A program made the translations under genes and the position numbers. From Mobula hypostoma (taxonomy: Eukaryota), in the NCBI RefSeq assembly GCF_963921235.1, contig NC_086108.1, positions 92,816,001 to 92,880,000 on the forward strand: a stretch of 64,000 nucleotides of DNA, written 5' to 3'. Shown here piece after piece: positions 36,283 to 48,119 of this stretch. Under the pieces are notes generated by a model. It did not search any database. It saw nothing but the letters and a program-made list of their open reading frames with translations, and was not told where the DNA came from. The stretch's first letter is position 1, and each line of letters starts with the position of its first letter.

Positions 36283-38710
36283 GATGGATGACATCAGTGT
36301 TTGGGGGTCCACCAAGGAATAACATGATGCATGAGTGTGACAAGTGCTTGACGTGACATGGAACGTCAATTTGAAATTAAATAATGAGAAATGTGAGTTT
36401 GGTGTTAAGACACTGACTTTTATAGGAGATGTCATACCAGAAGAGAGAGTGAGACCCAAGAAAGACATCAGCCATTGAGAACATGGAGAGGCCCCAAAAT
36501 AAAGAGGGGGTGAGACGTTTCCTGGGGAGGATGATGTACCTGGCCAAGTTCATCACTCGACTATCTGCTGTGTCAGCACCACTTAAGTCACTCGTCGAGC
36601 AGCAAAATGGGTCGATTTGGTCTCATGAGCAAGAAAAGTGCTCCCAGAGGCTGAAAAGGAAGCTAACTGAAGAGATCTTGCTGAAGTTATATAATCCAGA
36701 CGGGTGTACTAGAACCTTGTCTGATGTGTCCTGGCACAGCCTTGGAGCAGTACTGTTACAGCAGGATGATGAGACATGGCATCGGGGTTTTAACATGTAC
36801 GGAAGCCAATTACGCACAGATAGAGGAAGAGTTTCTCACCAGCACATATGCATGCAAACAATCCCATCAGTATATCTTTGGACAAGCTTCGAAATGAAGA
36901 CAGACCATAAACCACGAGTCTCAATTATGTCCAAACCACTGAATACCTGTCCCATGATGACACAGCACATGTGGACAAGGCTGCAGAAATACGACGTGAA
37001 GATGATCTACACACCAGGAAAATATACATCTGCTGCTAATGGGTTCTCTCGATCAGTCAACAAGAAAGAAAAGAGTGACCAAGAGATTACACTGATATAC
37101 AGGCCTAGGTTCACATGATTGTAACTTCTATTCCTGTATCTCCTGATAGAATAGAGAAGGTTAGGACAGCAGCAGGGACAGATGAATCAATAAAAGTACT
37201 CAAAGAGGCAATACAGAAAGGATAGCCAGCAACTAAGAACAGCTGCCCAATGTGTTTTCTGGAGTACTGGGCAGGCAGAGCTGAACTGCCAATAGTGGAA
37301 GATATGGTCTTTGGAGGGAAAAGGTTTGTGATACACAAGGAATTTCCCCAGATTCATGAAGGGCATCTTGGTGAAGAGAAATGTAAACAAAGAGTTCGTG
37401 AAGTGATGTTCTGGCCAAGAATGAACCAAGACATCAGCCAGACCACTGCTTCATGTGAAATATGCCTTACCTAGACTAAAGTGGCAAGTAGAACCACTTA
37501 CACCACACCTGTACCAGACAGGCTGTACGTCAAAATTAGAGTGGATTTGTTTGATTGTAATGGGTAGAGTCACATTGTTGTAACTGACTACTTTTTCCCT
37601 TTACCCACTCCAATCAACATCCAGCAAAGTAGTCATTACCTTCCTGAAAGCTGTGTTTGTGAGGCATGCAGTTGCACGTAAAGTGAGATCAGACAATTTT
37701 CGAGCTGTGAGTTTGAGTCCTTTGCCAACGATTGGGGGTTTCAACATACAACTTCAAGCTCACTTCACGCAAAATCTAATGGCCTAGCAGAGTGTCCAGT
37801 CAAGATAGGGAAGGGCCTCATGATAGAAGGCGCAAGATGAACAAGAGGATTTCCACAAAAGTCTGATGTTTACAGAAGTGCACCACTGCAGAATAGCCTT
37901 TCATCAGCCCAAATTCTGATGGGATGATACATACACACTAACCTTCCGGTCCACGAAAACTCATTGACACCTAAAGGATCACACAAGGTCAAATTGGCTA
38001 AGGAGAAAGGGAAAGAAAAACAGAAATGGTATCACGACAAGTCTGTGAAAGGCCTACCAGTCCTGAAATCTGGAGATCAAGTGTGAATCCAAGATCATGA
38101 TTCTGGCACATAGTCCACGTAAGAATATGTGCAAGAGAAAATTGCTCCACATTCCTACCAGATTCAGATGGAGGGTGGAACAACTTTGAGAAGAAACTGT
38201 GTGGATCTATAACCATAAGCTCCAACTCAGAGCTGTGACACATCACCTGTCCGTCCACCAAAGGGGCCAGCAGGTGGGATAAATGAACTCATTGTTCAGA
38301 GTTCTCAAAAAGACACTAATATTAACACAGAAAGTGAAAGAAATACATTTGTAGAGACAAAAAGTAAAACAAAAAGGATCATCAAGCCACCTTAGAGACT
38401 GACTGAGAGTTGATAAGTGAATGTTCTGTATTCGCTTATTACAATTGAAGTTAATGTAAATACCTTTGTTGGAAAGCATGATTGTGTTTTGCAGGTTTAT
38501 GAGGACATACTATTTGTGTTTGTTTTCTTTAAAGGGGGAAGATGTGTTATCATGTATGCAATGCAGCTTGTTCACCCAGAACTGGAGGTGATGTTGGTGA
38601 ACTGGTAGCATGCACTCAAGTGTGGAGCTAAAGCCATTATGACTGTTAATAAATGTGCTAGTGTTTGAAAATCCACGCAAAGTTTGTCTTTTATCAAGAA
38701 CAAACATAAT
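36283..38710 (+). mobile_element. Degenerate Gypsy pol (RT C-terminus, RNase H, integrase), PPT and 3' LTR
   Basis: MDDI, VRRFLG..YLAKF, SLGAVLLQ, TDHKP, integrase zinc finger HEGHLGEEKCKQRVREVMFWP…CEIC. PPT aaagggggaaga at 38531-38542, followed by TG at 38543 and AATAAA. Confidence 0.88.
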
Positions 38711-39090
38711 AGATGGAGAGGCAGGGAGGAAGACACAGGGAGGGGAGGGAGAGGAAGAGGGGAGAAAGAGTATGAAAGAGAGGAGGAGATAATAGACAAA
38801 GATAGTGTACAAACAAGTGATATGGGGCAGATAGGAATAATGTGGTCAACTTTGCAAGACGTATTGAGAGGAGAGAGAACTGACATTTATTTTACTTCCA
38901 CTCATGCCCAATTATATTGAAAATAAGTCCAACGTAATTAGGCATGAACAGAATTAAAATTATCAGGTAAGGTTTGAAATTGCTGGCAGTTCTAACACAT
39001 CAGTTTATAGTAATTTTTCTAACGGGCTGGAAGAATCTTTTGTATGGATCTGTTAACATCAGCACTTACAGATTCTGACAGGCTGCACAA

Positions 39091-39107
39091 GAGCGCCATC
39101 TGGTGGA
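39091..39107 (-). promoter_or_regulatory. Candidate CTCF binding site
   Basis: Minus strand CCACCAGATGGCGCTC fits the CTCF core consensus CCASYAGRKGGCRS and lies in non-repetitive sequence. Confidence 0.55.
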
Positions 39108-39130
39108 CTCAGGCACAGACCACTGTTACT

Positions 39131-40788
39131 AAGTCCCAGGGACATTTTTCAGTGCCAACTCAAGTCATTTGCCCGAGTTATCAAATGTGGAGGGAATGGG
39201 AATGCCTTTCAGTTACAGTCAGTATGCAACACAAATCCAAACTTCCTTAAAATTATAGCTATAACTAGCAATAATACTGGTGCACCTCAAGGATGTGTGC
39301 TTAGCCCATTGCCCTACTCTCTCTATCTGGGGCGAGGCACTGCTCAAACACCATCTATAAATTTGCTGATGACACAACTATTGGTTGCAGAATTTCCAAT
39401 GGTGACAAGAAAGCATAAAGGAGTGAGATAGCTCAGCTGGTTGAAGAGTGTTGTAGTAACAACCTTGCACCCAACGTCAATAAGACCAAGGAATTGATTG
39501 TGGAAGGGGGAGTTGAGGGAACACACACCAGTCCTCATTGATGGATCAGAAATGGACAGCGTGAGCAGTTTCAAGTTCCTGGGTGCCAACATTTGTGAAG
39601 ACCTGTCCCGGGTACAACATATTGATGCAATTACAAAGAAGGCAGGACAGCAGCAACATTTCATCAGGAGTTTGCAGAGACTCGGTACGTCACCAAAGAC
39701 TCGCGCACACTTCTACAGGTTGCATCACTGTCTGGTATTGTGGCTGTAGGATAGCTGGAGCTGGGAGCTGAAGGTCCAAGGTTACACATTGTAAAGGATG
39801 GATAGGAAGGTAGGCAGAAGGGCTCTGCTGGGACAGAATGGCATCAAATCATTAGAAAGATGTGACATAAGACTGGAAAATGCTGAAACCTTGTTGGCTG
39901 AGTTAAGAAAGTGCACAGGTAAAAGGACCCTGATGGCAGTTATATTCAGACCTCAAAATATTAGCTGGGATGTGCACTACAGATTACAATGGGAAATAAA
40001 AAAGGGCAATGTTATGATAGTCATGGGAGATTTTAACATGCAGGTGATTGGGAAAATCAGGTTGGTAATGGATCTCAGGAGAGTGAATTTGTTGAACGCC
40101 TACCTTTTTAGAGCAGTTTGTCATTGAGCCTTCTAGGGGATCAGTAATAATGGATTGGGTGTTATGTAATGAACTAGAGGCGATTAGGGAGCTTAAGGTA
40201 AAGGAACCCCAAGGAGGCTATATGATTGAGTTCAACTTGAAATTTGACAGGGAGAAAGTAAAGTCTGACACAGCAGTGTATCAGTGGAGGAAAAGAAATT
40301 ACAGTGGTATGAGAGAGGAGTTGGCCAAAGTAAATTGGAAGGAGATGCTGGCAGGGATGACATCAGAGCAGCAATGGCTTGAGTTTCTGGGAAAAATGAG
40401 GAAGGTGCAGGATTAATGTGTTCCAAAAACAAAGAAATACTCAAATGGCTAAACAGTACAAGATTGCTATTGCAACACCACTCAACTGGCTGATCTATCT
40501 TGCTCCTGTATGCCTTCTTGTTACCATTGGAAATTCTGCAAACAATAGTTGCGTCATCAGCAAATTTATAAATTTGAGCTGTGCCTAGCCACACATAGAA
40601 AGAGTAGAACAGTGGCCTAGGCACGCATCCTTGAGGTGCACCAGTATTATTGCTAGTTGTAGCTATTACTCTAAGGAAGTTTGGATTTGTGTTGCATACT
40701 GACTATAACTAAAGGCATTCCCATTCCCTTCACATTTGATAACTCAGGCAAATGAGTTGTGTTAGCATTGAAAAATGTCCTTGAACTT
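39131..40788. repeat. Inverted duplication (~335-bp arms: 39131-39470 and 40456-40788)
   Basis: The reverse complement of the right arm aligns with the left arm across both unique DNA and the junction into a Rex/Babar fragment. Confidence 0.88.
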
Positions 40789-41314
40789 TCTGCATCTCTG
40801 TTTTAAATGGATGCCCCTCTATCCTGAGGCAGTGCCTTTTTGTCCTAGACTCCACTACCATGGGAAACTTCCTTTCCAGATCTACTCTGTCTAGGCCATT
40901 CAACATTTGAAAGGTTTCAATGAGATCCCCCCATCCTTCTAAATTCCAGTGAGTACAGACCCCGGGCCATCAAATGTTCCTTGTATAAAAACCCTTTTAT
41001 TCACGGAATCATCCTTGTGAACCTCCTCTGAACACTGTCCAATGCCAGCACGTCTTTTCTTAGATGAGGAGCCTCTCTGCCAAAACTCCTCAGGATCTTC
41101 TCCAAGTCAATTAAGTCACCTCTCACACTTTTAAGCTCCAATAAATAACATCCAACTTTTCCTCATAAGGCAAGCCACCCATTTCAAACATTAGTAGGCA
41201 GTCCCTGAACTGCTTTCAATTCACTAATATTCTTTTTAAAATAAGAAAACCAATCCCATGCTCAATACTATACATGTGGTCTCTCCAGTGGCCTGTATAA
41301 ATAAATACAGAAGC

Positions 41315-41598
41315 GCAGTGGTTCGCGTTACACTTTACCACCCCAGCCGTAAGATCGGGATGGAATGCCCACTGTTGTCTGTAAGGAGCTTGAACGTTCT
41401 TCCCAGGACCATGCTGGTTCCCTTCCAGTGTTCCGGTTTTCTTCCACACTCTGAAGATGTTGAAGTTAGGTTGTGGGCATATATGTTGTGGGCATGCTAT
41501 GTTGGCCCCTGGTGCACGGCGATACATGCGGGCTACTTGCTGTACATCCTTGACACAAACGACACATTTCACCGTATGTTTTGGTGTACATGTGACAA
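41315..41598 (+). mobile_element. Degenerate V-SINE variant
   Basis: tgtctgtaaggag…ccggttttcttccacac core; related to the copy at 60722-61020. Confidence 0.6.
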
Positions 41599-44500
41599 AT
41601 AGTTAATCTTTATCTTTAACCACAACTTCCCTACTTTCACATTCAGTACCAATAAGCTGAAAACTGTTAATTTTCCTGATTACCCACATTAATTGTTTTC
41701 AGGTGATGCAGCAGGACACTGAATCTCAGAGCTCTAAACTAGATACGATGCTTTCTTTTGTCAAAATAGACTTGTATGGAAAACTCTCACACAATGCTTC
41801 GCAAGACATTTATCAAATAAGACTTGCAACTGAATCAGAAAAAGTAACACATCCCTGGACACACTAGATCACAGTCAAAGTCAAGTTCATTGTCAAGTGT
41901 ACAAGTACGCATATGCACAGGTGCAATGAGAAACTTACTTGCAGCAGCATCACAGGTACATTTTTTTTCCGATGGGAGTCATTAATTGGAGTATTGTGCA
42001 GATGCAACAGGAGCGTTCCCATGCAAGTCCGTCAAAGAGCTTTTAAAAACCCAGTCTCTACAAAAGAGAGGTACCGCCTAGCGGAGCGGTCGTCGTCAGA
42101 GTGGTCATTGTCAGATGGTAAGGCATTGGCTCAACAGGTAAGTTAATTCCTTATTTCTTGTTTAACTCCAGAGAGAATAGGGGGTATGTCTACAGAGCCA
42201 GTGTTCTGTTCTGGGTGTCAGATGTGGGATTTCCAGGAGACTCCCAGCCTCACCGCTAGACACATCTGCACCAGGTTCATTGAGATGCAGCTCCTTAGAG
42301 ACCGTGTTAGTGAACTGGAGCTGCAGCTCGATGACCTTCGGCCTGTAGGGAAAGCGAAACAGCGATAGACAGGAGCTACAGGGAGGTAGTCACCCCAAGG
42401 CTACTTGGGACAGGAGAACTGTCAAGAGAGTGAAGGGAGAACGCCAGATAGTGGAGAGCACCCCTGTGGCTGTCCTTCTCAACAATAAGTACTCCATTTT
42501 GAATACTGTTGGGGGAAGCAACAGTGTCCATACCACTGGCACAGAGTCTGGCCCTGTGGCTTGGAAGGGTAGGGAACTGAAGGGGATGGCAGCAATAACA
42601 GGGTACTCTATAGTCAGGGGGACAGATAGGCGATTTTATAGACATGAAAAGGAATACAGAAGGTAGTTTGCCTCCCAAGGATCAGGGTTCGAGATGTTCT
42701 GGACGCGTCCACAATATCCTGAAAAGAGAAGGTGAGCAGTCAGAAGTCGTGGTACATATTGGTACCAATGACGTGGGAAGGAAAAAGGAGGAGGTCCTGA
42801 AAAAAGAACACAGGGAGTTAGAAAGGAAGCTGAGGATCAGGACCTCAAAGGCAGTAATCTTGGGATTGCTGCCTGTGTCACGATACAGTGAGGATAGGAT
42901 TAGAATAAAGTAGCAGATAAATGCTTGGCTGAAGAATTGGAGCAGCGGGCAGGGATTCAGATTTCTGGATAATTGGGACCTCTTCTGGGCCAGGTGGGAC
43001 CTGTACAAAAGGGACAGGTTGCATTTGAATCCAAGGGGGACCAATATTCTTGTGGGCAGATTTACTAGAGCTGTTGGGAGTGGTTTAACCTAATATGGCA
43101 GGGGGATGGGAACCAGTATGATAGAGCTGAGGTTGAGCCAGCAGGTTTACAAGTAGATGACTGGTGTAACATGAACTTAAGGAAGGACAAGCCAATGATT
43201 GGGTACAAATGCAGACAGAGCAAAGGGTTAAAGGATATACTCTGTATTGAAAGGACAGGCAGGAAGGCATAGGTGGTGGTGTGGCTCTGTTGCTCAGAGA
43301 TGGAATTACATACTTAGAAGAGGTGACATAGGGTCAGAGAATGTTGAATCTCTGTGGGTGAAGTTAAGAAACTGCAAGGGTAAAAAAAACATTATGGGAA
43401 TCGTATATAGGCCTCAAAATAGTAGCCAAGATATAGAGGCAAAATTGCAAAGGGAGCTTGAAAAGGCATGCAATAAGGGCAATGACAGAATTGTAATAGG
43501 GGATTTCAATGTGCAAGGGGATTGGGAAAATCAGGTTGCTGTTGGATCACAAGAGAGGGAATTTATTGAGTGCCTGCAAGATGGATTTTTAGAGCAGCTT
43601 GTGCTTGAGCCTATTTGGGGAAAAGCTATCTTAGATTGGATGTTGTGTAATAACCCAGCTCTTATTAGAGGGTTTAATGTAAAGGAACCCTTAGGAGGCA
43701 GTGATCATAAAATGATTGAATTCATACTACAATTTGAGAGGGAGAAGCATAAGTCACATGTATCAGTATTGCAATAGAATAAAAGGAATTATAGAGACAC
43801 GAGACAGGAGCTTGCACAGGCGGATTGGAGAAGGATACTGGCGGGGATGATGGCAGAGCAGAGATGGCTGAAGTTTCTGGGAATAGTTCACAAGGGTATA
43901 TATGTCCCACAGAGGAAGAAGTTCTCAAATGGCAGGGCAAGGTAACCATGGCTGACAAAGGAAGTTAAGGACTGCTTAAAAGCCAAGAAAAGGGTATATA
44001 AGGTAGCAAAAGTGAGTGGGAACTTGGATGATTGGGATGCTTTTCAAATCCAACAAAAGGCAACTAAAAAAGCTATAATAAGTAAAAAGATGAAATATGA
44101 TGGCAGACTAGCCAATAATATAAAGCAGGATACCAAAAGTTTTTTTTCAGTTATACAAAGAGTAAAAGGGAGGTGAGAATAAATATTGGACCATTGGAAA
44201 ATGATGCTGGTGAGGTAGTAATGGGGGACAAAGAAATGGCAAATAAACTTTGCATCTGTCTTTACCGTGGAAGACACTAGCAGTGTGCCAAGATCCGTGA
44301 ATGTCAAGAAGCAGGAGTGAGTGTCATTGCTATTACAAAGAAAAAAGTGCTACGCAAACTCAAAGGTCTTAAGGTGGATAAGTCACCTGGACCAGATGGA
44401 CTGCATCCCAGAGTCTTGAGAGAGGTTGCTGAAGTGATAATGGATCTTTCAAGAATCAGTTGATTCTGGCATGGTCCCAGAGAACTAGAAGATTGCAAAT

Positions 44501-44979
44501 GTTACTCCACTCTTTAAGAAGGGAGGAAGGCAAAATAAAGGAAATTATAGGCCAGTTAGCCTAACCTCAGTGGTTGGGAATATGTTGGAGTCTATTATTA
44601 AGGATGAGGTTTCAAGGTACTTGGAGAGTAATGATAAAATAAGTCAAAGTCAGCATAGCTTCTATCAAGAGAAATCTTGTCTGACAAATCTGTTATAGTT
44701 CTTCGAGGAAATAATAAGCAGGATGCGCAAAGCAGAGGCAGTTGATGCCATTTACTTGGATTTTCAGAAGACATTTGATAAGGTGCCACACATGAGGCTG
44801 CTTAACAAGATAAAATCCTATGGTATTACAGGAAAGAAATGGCTGACAGACAGGAGGCAGTGTGTCGGAATAAAAAGGACATTTTCTGGTTGGCTGCTAG
44901 TGACTAGTGGTGTTCCTCAGGGGTCAGTATTGGGACCGCTACTTATCACATTGTTTGTCAATGATTTAGATAATGGAAT

Positions 44980-45465
44980 TAGATTAGATTAGATTCAACT
45001 TTATTGTCATTGTGCCGAGTACAGCTACAAAACCAATGAAATGCAATTAGCATCTGACCAGAAGTGCAAAAGAATAGTATTATTTACAAAATAACTGGGA
45101 ATAAAAAGTAAGTGCTACAGCACACAAATATAAATGTATTGAGACAGCACAATATGGGTGCAATACAGCTTAGTGCTGTGATATGAGGTTCAGCAGGGTC
45201 ACAGTCTCAGGGAAGAGGCTCTTCCTGAGCCTGCTGGTGCGGCAGCGGAGGCTCCTGTAGCGCCTACCAGCTGGGAGGAGAGTAAAAAGTCCATGGTTAG
45301 GGTGAGATGCATCCTTGATAATGCTTTTCACCCTGCCCAGGCAGCGTTTATGGTAGATGTTCTTAATGGTGGGCAATTGGGTGTCGATAATCCGCTGGGC
45401 AGTTTTCACCACAAGCTGGAGTGCTTTGCAGTCTGATATGGGACAATTGCCATACCACACTGAGA
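44980..45465 (-). mobile_element. Rex1/Babar LINE 3' end
   Basis: ORF 45170-45487 VWYGNC…KDASHPNHGLFTLLPAGRRYRS. Minus-strand AATAAA plus (tctaa)n tail. Confidence 0.83.
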
Positions 45466-46032
45466 AATTATAGGTCAGATCCCACATGGAGTACTGTGTT
45501 CAGTTCTGGTCACCTCACTACAGAATGAAGGTGGATACTATAGAGAGTGCAGAGGAGATTTACAAGATGTTGCCTGGATTTTAGGGCATACCTTATCAGA
45601 ATAAGTTGAGTGCAATTGGCCTTTTCTCCCTGAAGCAACAAGGGATGAGAGATGACCTGATAGAGGTGTATAAGGTGATGAGGGGCATTGATCATGTGGA
45701 TAGCCAGAGGATTTTTCCCAGGACTGAAATAGTTAACACAAGGGGGCATTGTTTTAAGGTGCTTGGAAATAGGTACTGAGGGGATGTCAGGGGTAAGTTT
45801 TTCACACAGAGAGTGGTGGGTGCGTGGAATACACTACTGGCGACGGTGATGGAAGTGGTTACAATAGGGTCTATTAAGAGCCTCTTAGATAGGTACATGG
45901 AGCTTAGAAAAATAGAGGGCTATGCACTAGGGAAATTCTAGGCAGTTTCTATAGTAGGTTACATGGTTGGCACAACATTGTGGGCCAAAGAGCCTGTAAT
46001 GTGCTGTAAATTTCTATATGTTATGTTCTATG
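45466..46032 (+). mobile_element. CR1 3' fragment
   Basis: Same subfamily as 32590-33006 and 25203-26970; ttctatg tail. Confidence 0.82.
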
Positions 46033-47084
46033 CTATGAAGATAGGTGGAGGGGTAGGTAGTGCTGAGGAAGCAATGTGATTACAGCAGGACTTAGACAAA
46101 TTGGAAGAATGGGCAAAAAATTGGCAGATGGAATACAGTATTGGGAAATGTGTGATAATGCATTTTGGTAAAAGGAACAATAGCACGGATTATTGTCTAA
46201 ATGGGGAGAAGGTTCAACCATCAGAGGTGCAGAAGGACTTAGGAGTCCTTGTGCAAGACTCCCAGAAGGTTAATTTACAGGTTGAGTCTGTGGTAAAGAA
46301 GGAAAATGCAATGTTGACATTTATTTCAAGGGGGATAGAATATAAAAGCAAAGAGATAATGCTGAGGCTTTATAAGATATTAGTCAGGCTGCACTTGGAG
46401 TATTGTCAACAGTTTTGGGCCCCATATCTCAGAAAGGACATGCTGTCATTTGAGTCCAGAGGAAGTCCACGAGGATGATTATGGGAATGAAGGGGTTAAC
46501 ATATGAGGAGCTTTTGGGAGCTTTGGGTCTATACTCACTGGAATTTAGAAGAATACGGGGGGATTTTATTGAAACTTACCAAATGTTGAAAGGACTAGAT
46601 AGGGTGGATTTGGAGAGGACGTTTCTTTTGGTGGGGGTCTCCAGAACTAGAGGGCACAGCCTCAAAAATGAGGGGCAATCCTTTAAAACAGAGGTAAGGA
46701 GAAATTTTTGTAGCCAGAGAGTAGTGAATCTGTGCAATGTTCTACCACAGGTTGCGGTGGAGGCCAAGTCTGTGTGTATATTTAAGGCGGAAGTTGATAG
46801 TTTCCTGATTGGTCGGGGCATCAAAGGATATGGTGAGAGGGGTTGAGTGGGATCTGGGATGAGCTACAATGGAATGGTGGAGCAGACTCAATGGGCTGAA
46901 TGGCCTAATTCTGCTCCAATGTCTTATGGTCTTATATAGCTTCAGATAAGCTGCATTCTCAAAAAAAGCCAAATTATACATTTGTTTTACAAGAAAGAAC
47001 AATCACAATAAAAAAAACCCATGTCCGTTGTAGTACCAGTAGTGTTTCAGCCAGTAACATCTTTAGTACCTCAGTCAGTACAAC

Positions 47085-48105
47085 TCCAATAATTCCAATG
47101 CCACATTTAAGTTTGCTGACAACACCACAGTTGTAGGTCAAATCAAAAGTGATGTCGAGTCAGCATATTCGAGGGAGCGTGAAAGTCTGGTTGAATGGTG
47201 CCACAACAACAACCTCTTGTTCAATGTCAGCAGAGCTGAAGAACTAATTGTTGACCACGGGAAGAAGAAACAAGTGGTATATGAGCCAGTCCTCATCAGA
47301 AAGTCGGAGATGAAGAGGGTCAGTAACTTTAAATTCCTTGCTGTCCATATCAGAGGATCTGTCCTGTGACTAGCATACAAGTGTCATCACAAAGAAGGCG
47401 TGAGGGGACCTCTGCTTTCTTAGAAGTTTGTGTAGATTTGACATGTCATCTAAAGCTTTAACAAACTTCTATAATGGAGAGTATACTGACTGATTGCATC
47501 ATAGTTCATAGTCTGGTATGGAAACATCAATGCCCAGTAATGGAAAAGTCAATAAAATGTGGCAGATAGAGCCCAGTCCATCTCAGACAAAGTTGTCCCA
47601 CCATTGAGCACATCTACAGAGGAGTATCTTTGTGCACGTTGGTAGAAGGAACAAAGGAGCACTGTCACAAGAGAGCAACATCCGTCAACAAGGACTCCAC
47701 TATCGAGGCCATGCTCTCTTCTCACTGCTGCCATCGGGCAGGAGGTACAGGATCCTAACGTCCTACACCTCCCGGTACCGGAACAGTTATTAGCCAACAA
47801 CCATCAGGCTCCTGAACCAACGTGGATTACCTCACGCACCTCAACACAGAGCTAACTCCACAACCTCTGGACTCAATTTCACTCTACAACTCATGTTCTC
47901 AGTATTATTTATGTATTACTTCTTTATTATTTGCACAGTTTGTCTTGTTTTGCACATTACCTGTTTTTCAGTCTTTGTTATTTTTAGTCTTTCATAAATG
48001 CTATTGTATTTCCTTATTTTCCTGTAAATGCTTGCAATGATTTGTATCTTAAGGTAGTATATGATGACATATACAAACTTTGATAATAAATTTACTTTGA
48101 CTTTG
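47085..48105 (+). mobile_element. Degenerate Rex1/Babar-like LINE 3' portion
   Basis: KFADNTT-like motif, FKFL, LLPSGRRY-like motif, AATAAA plus (actttg)n tail. Confidence 0.75.
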
Positions 48106-48119
48106 ACAAACAGGCCAAG

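Larger units (their letters stand above)
41975..46935 (+). mobile_element. Near full-length degenerate CR1 (ORF1 zinc finger/coiled coil + SGNH esterase; ORF2 EN-RT; 3' UTR), interrupted at about 44980-46030
   Basis: CSGCQMW…HICTR…[52 protein letters not shown] and LVRLHLEYC; CR1 3' UTR. Confidence 0.88.

Noticed and set aside
38715..38790. Purine-rich, G-run tract (also within Penelope 3' UTRs)
   Set aside because: Low-complexity sequence; G4 or triplex potential alone is not informative.
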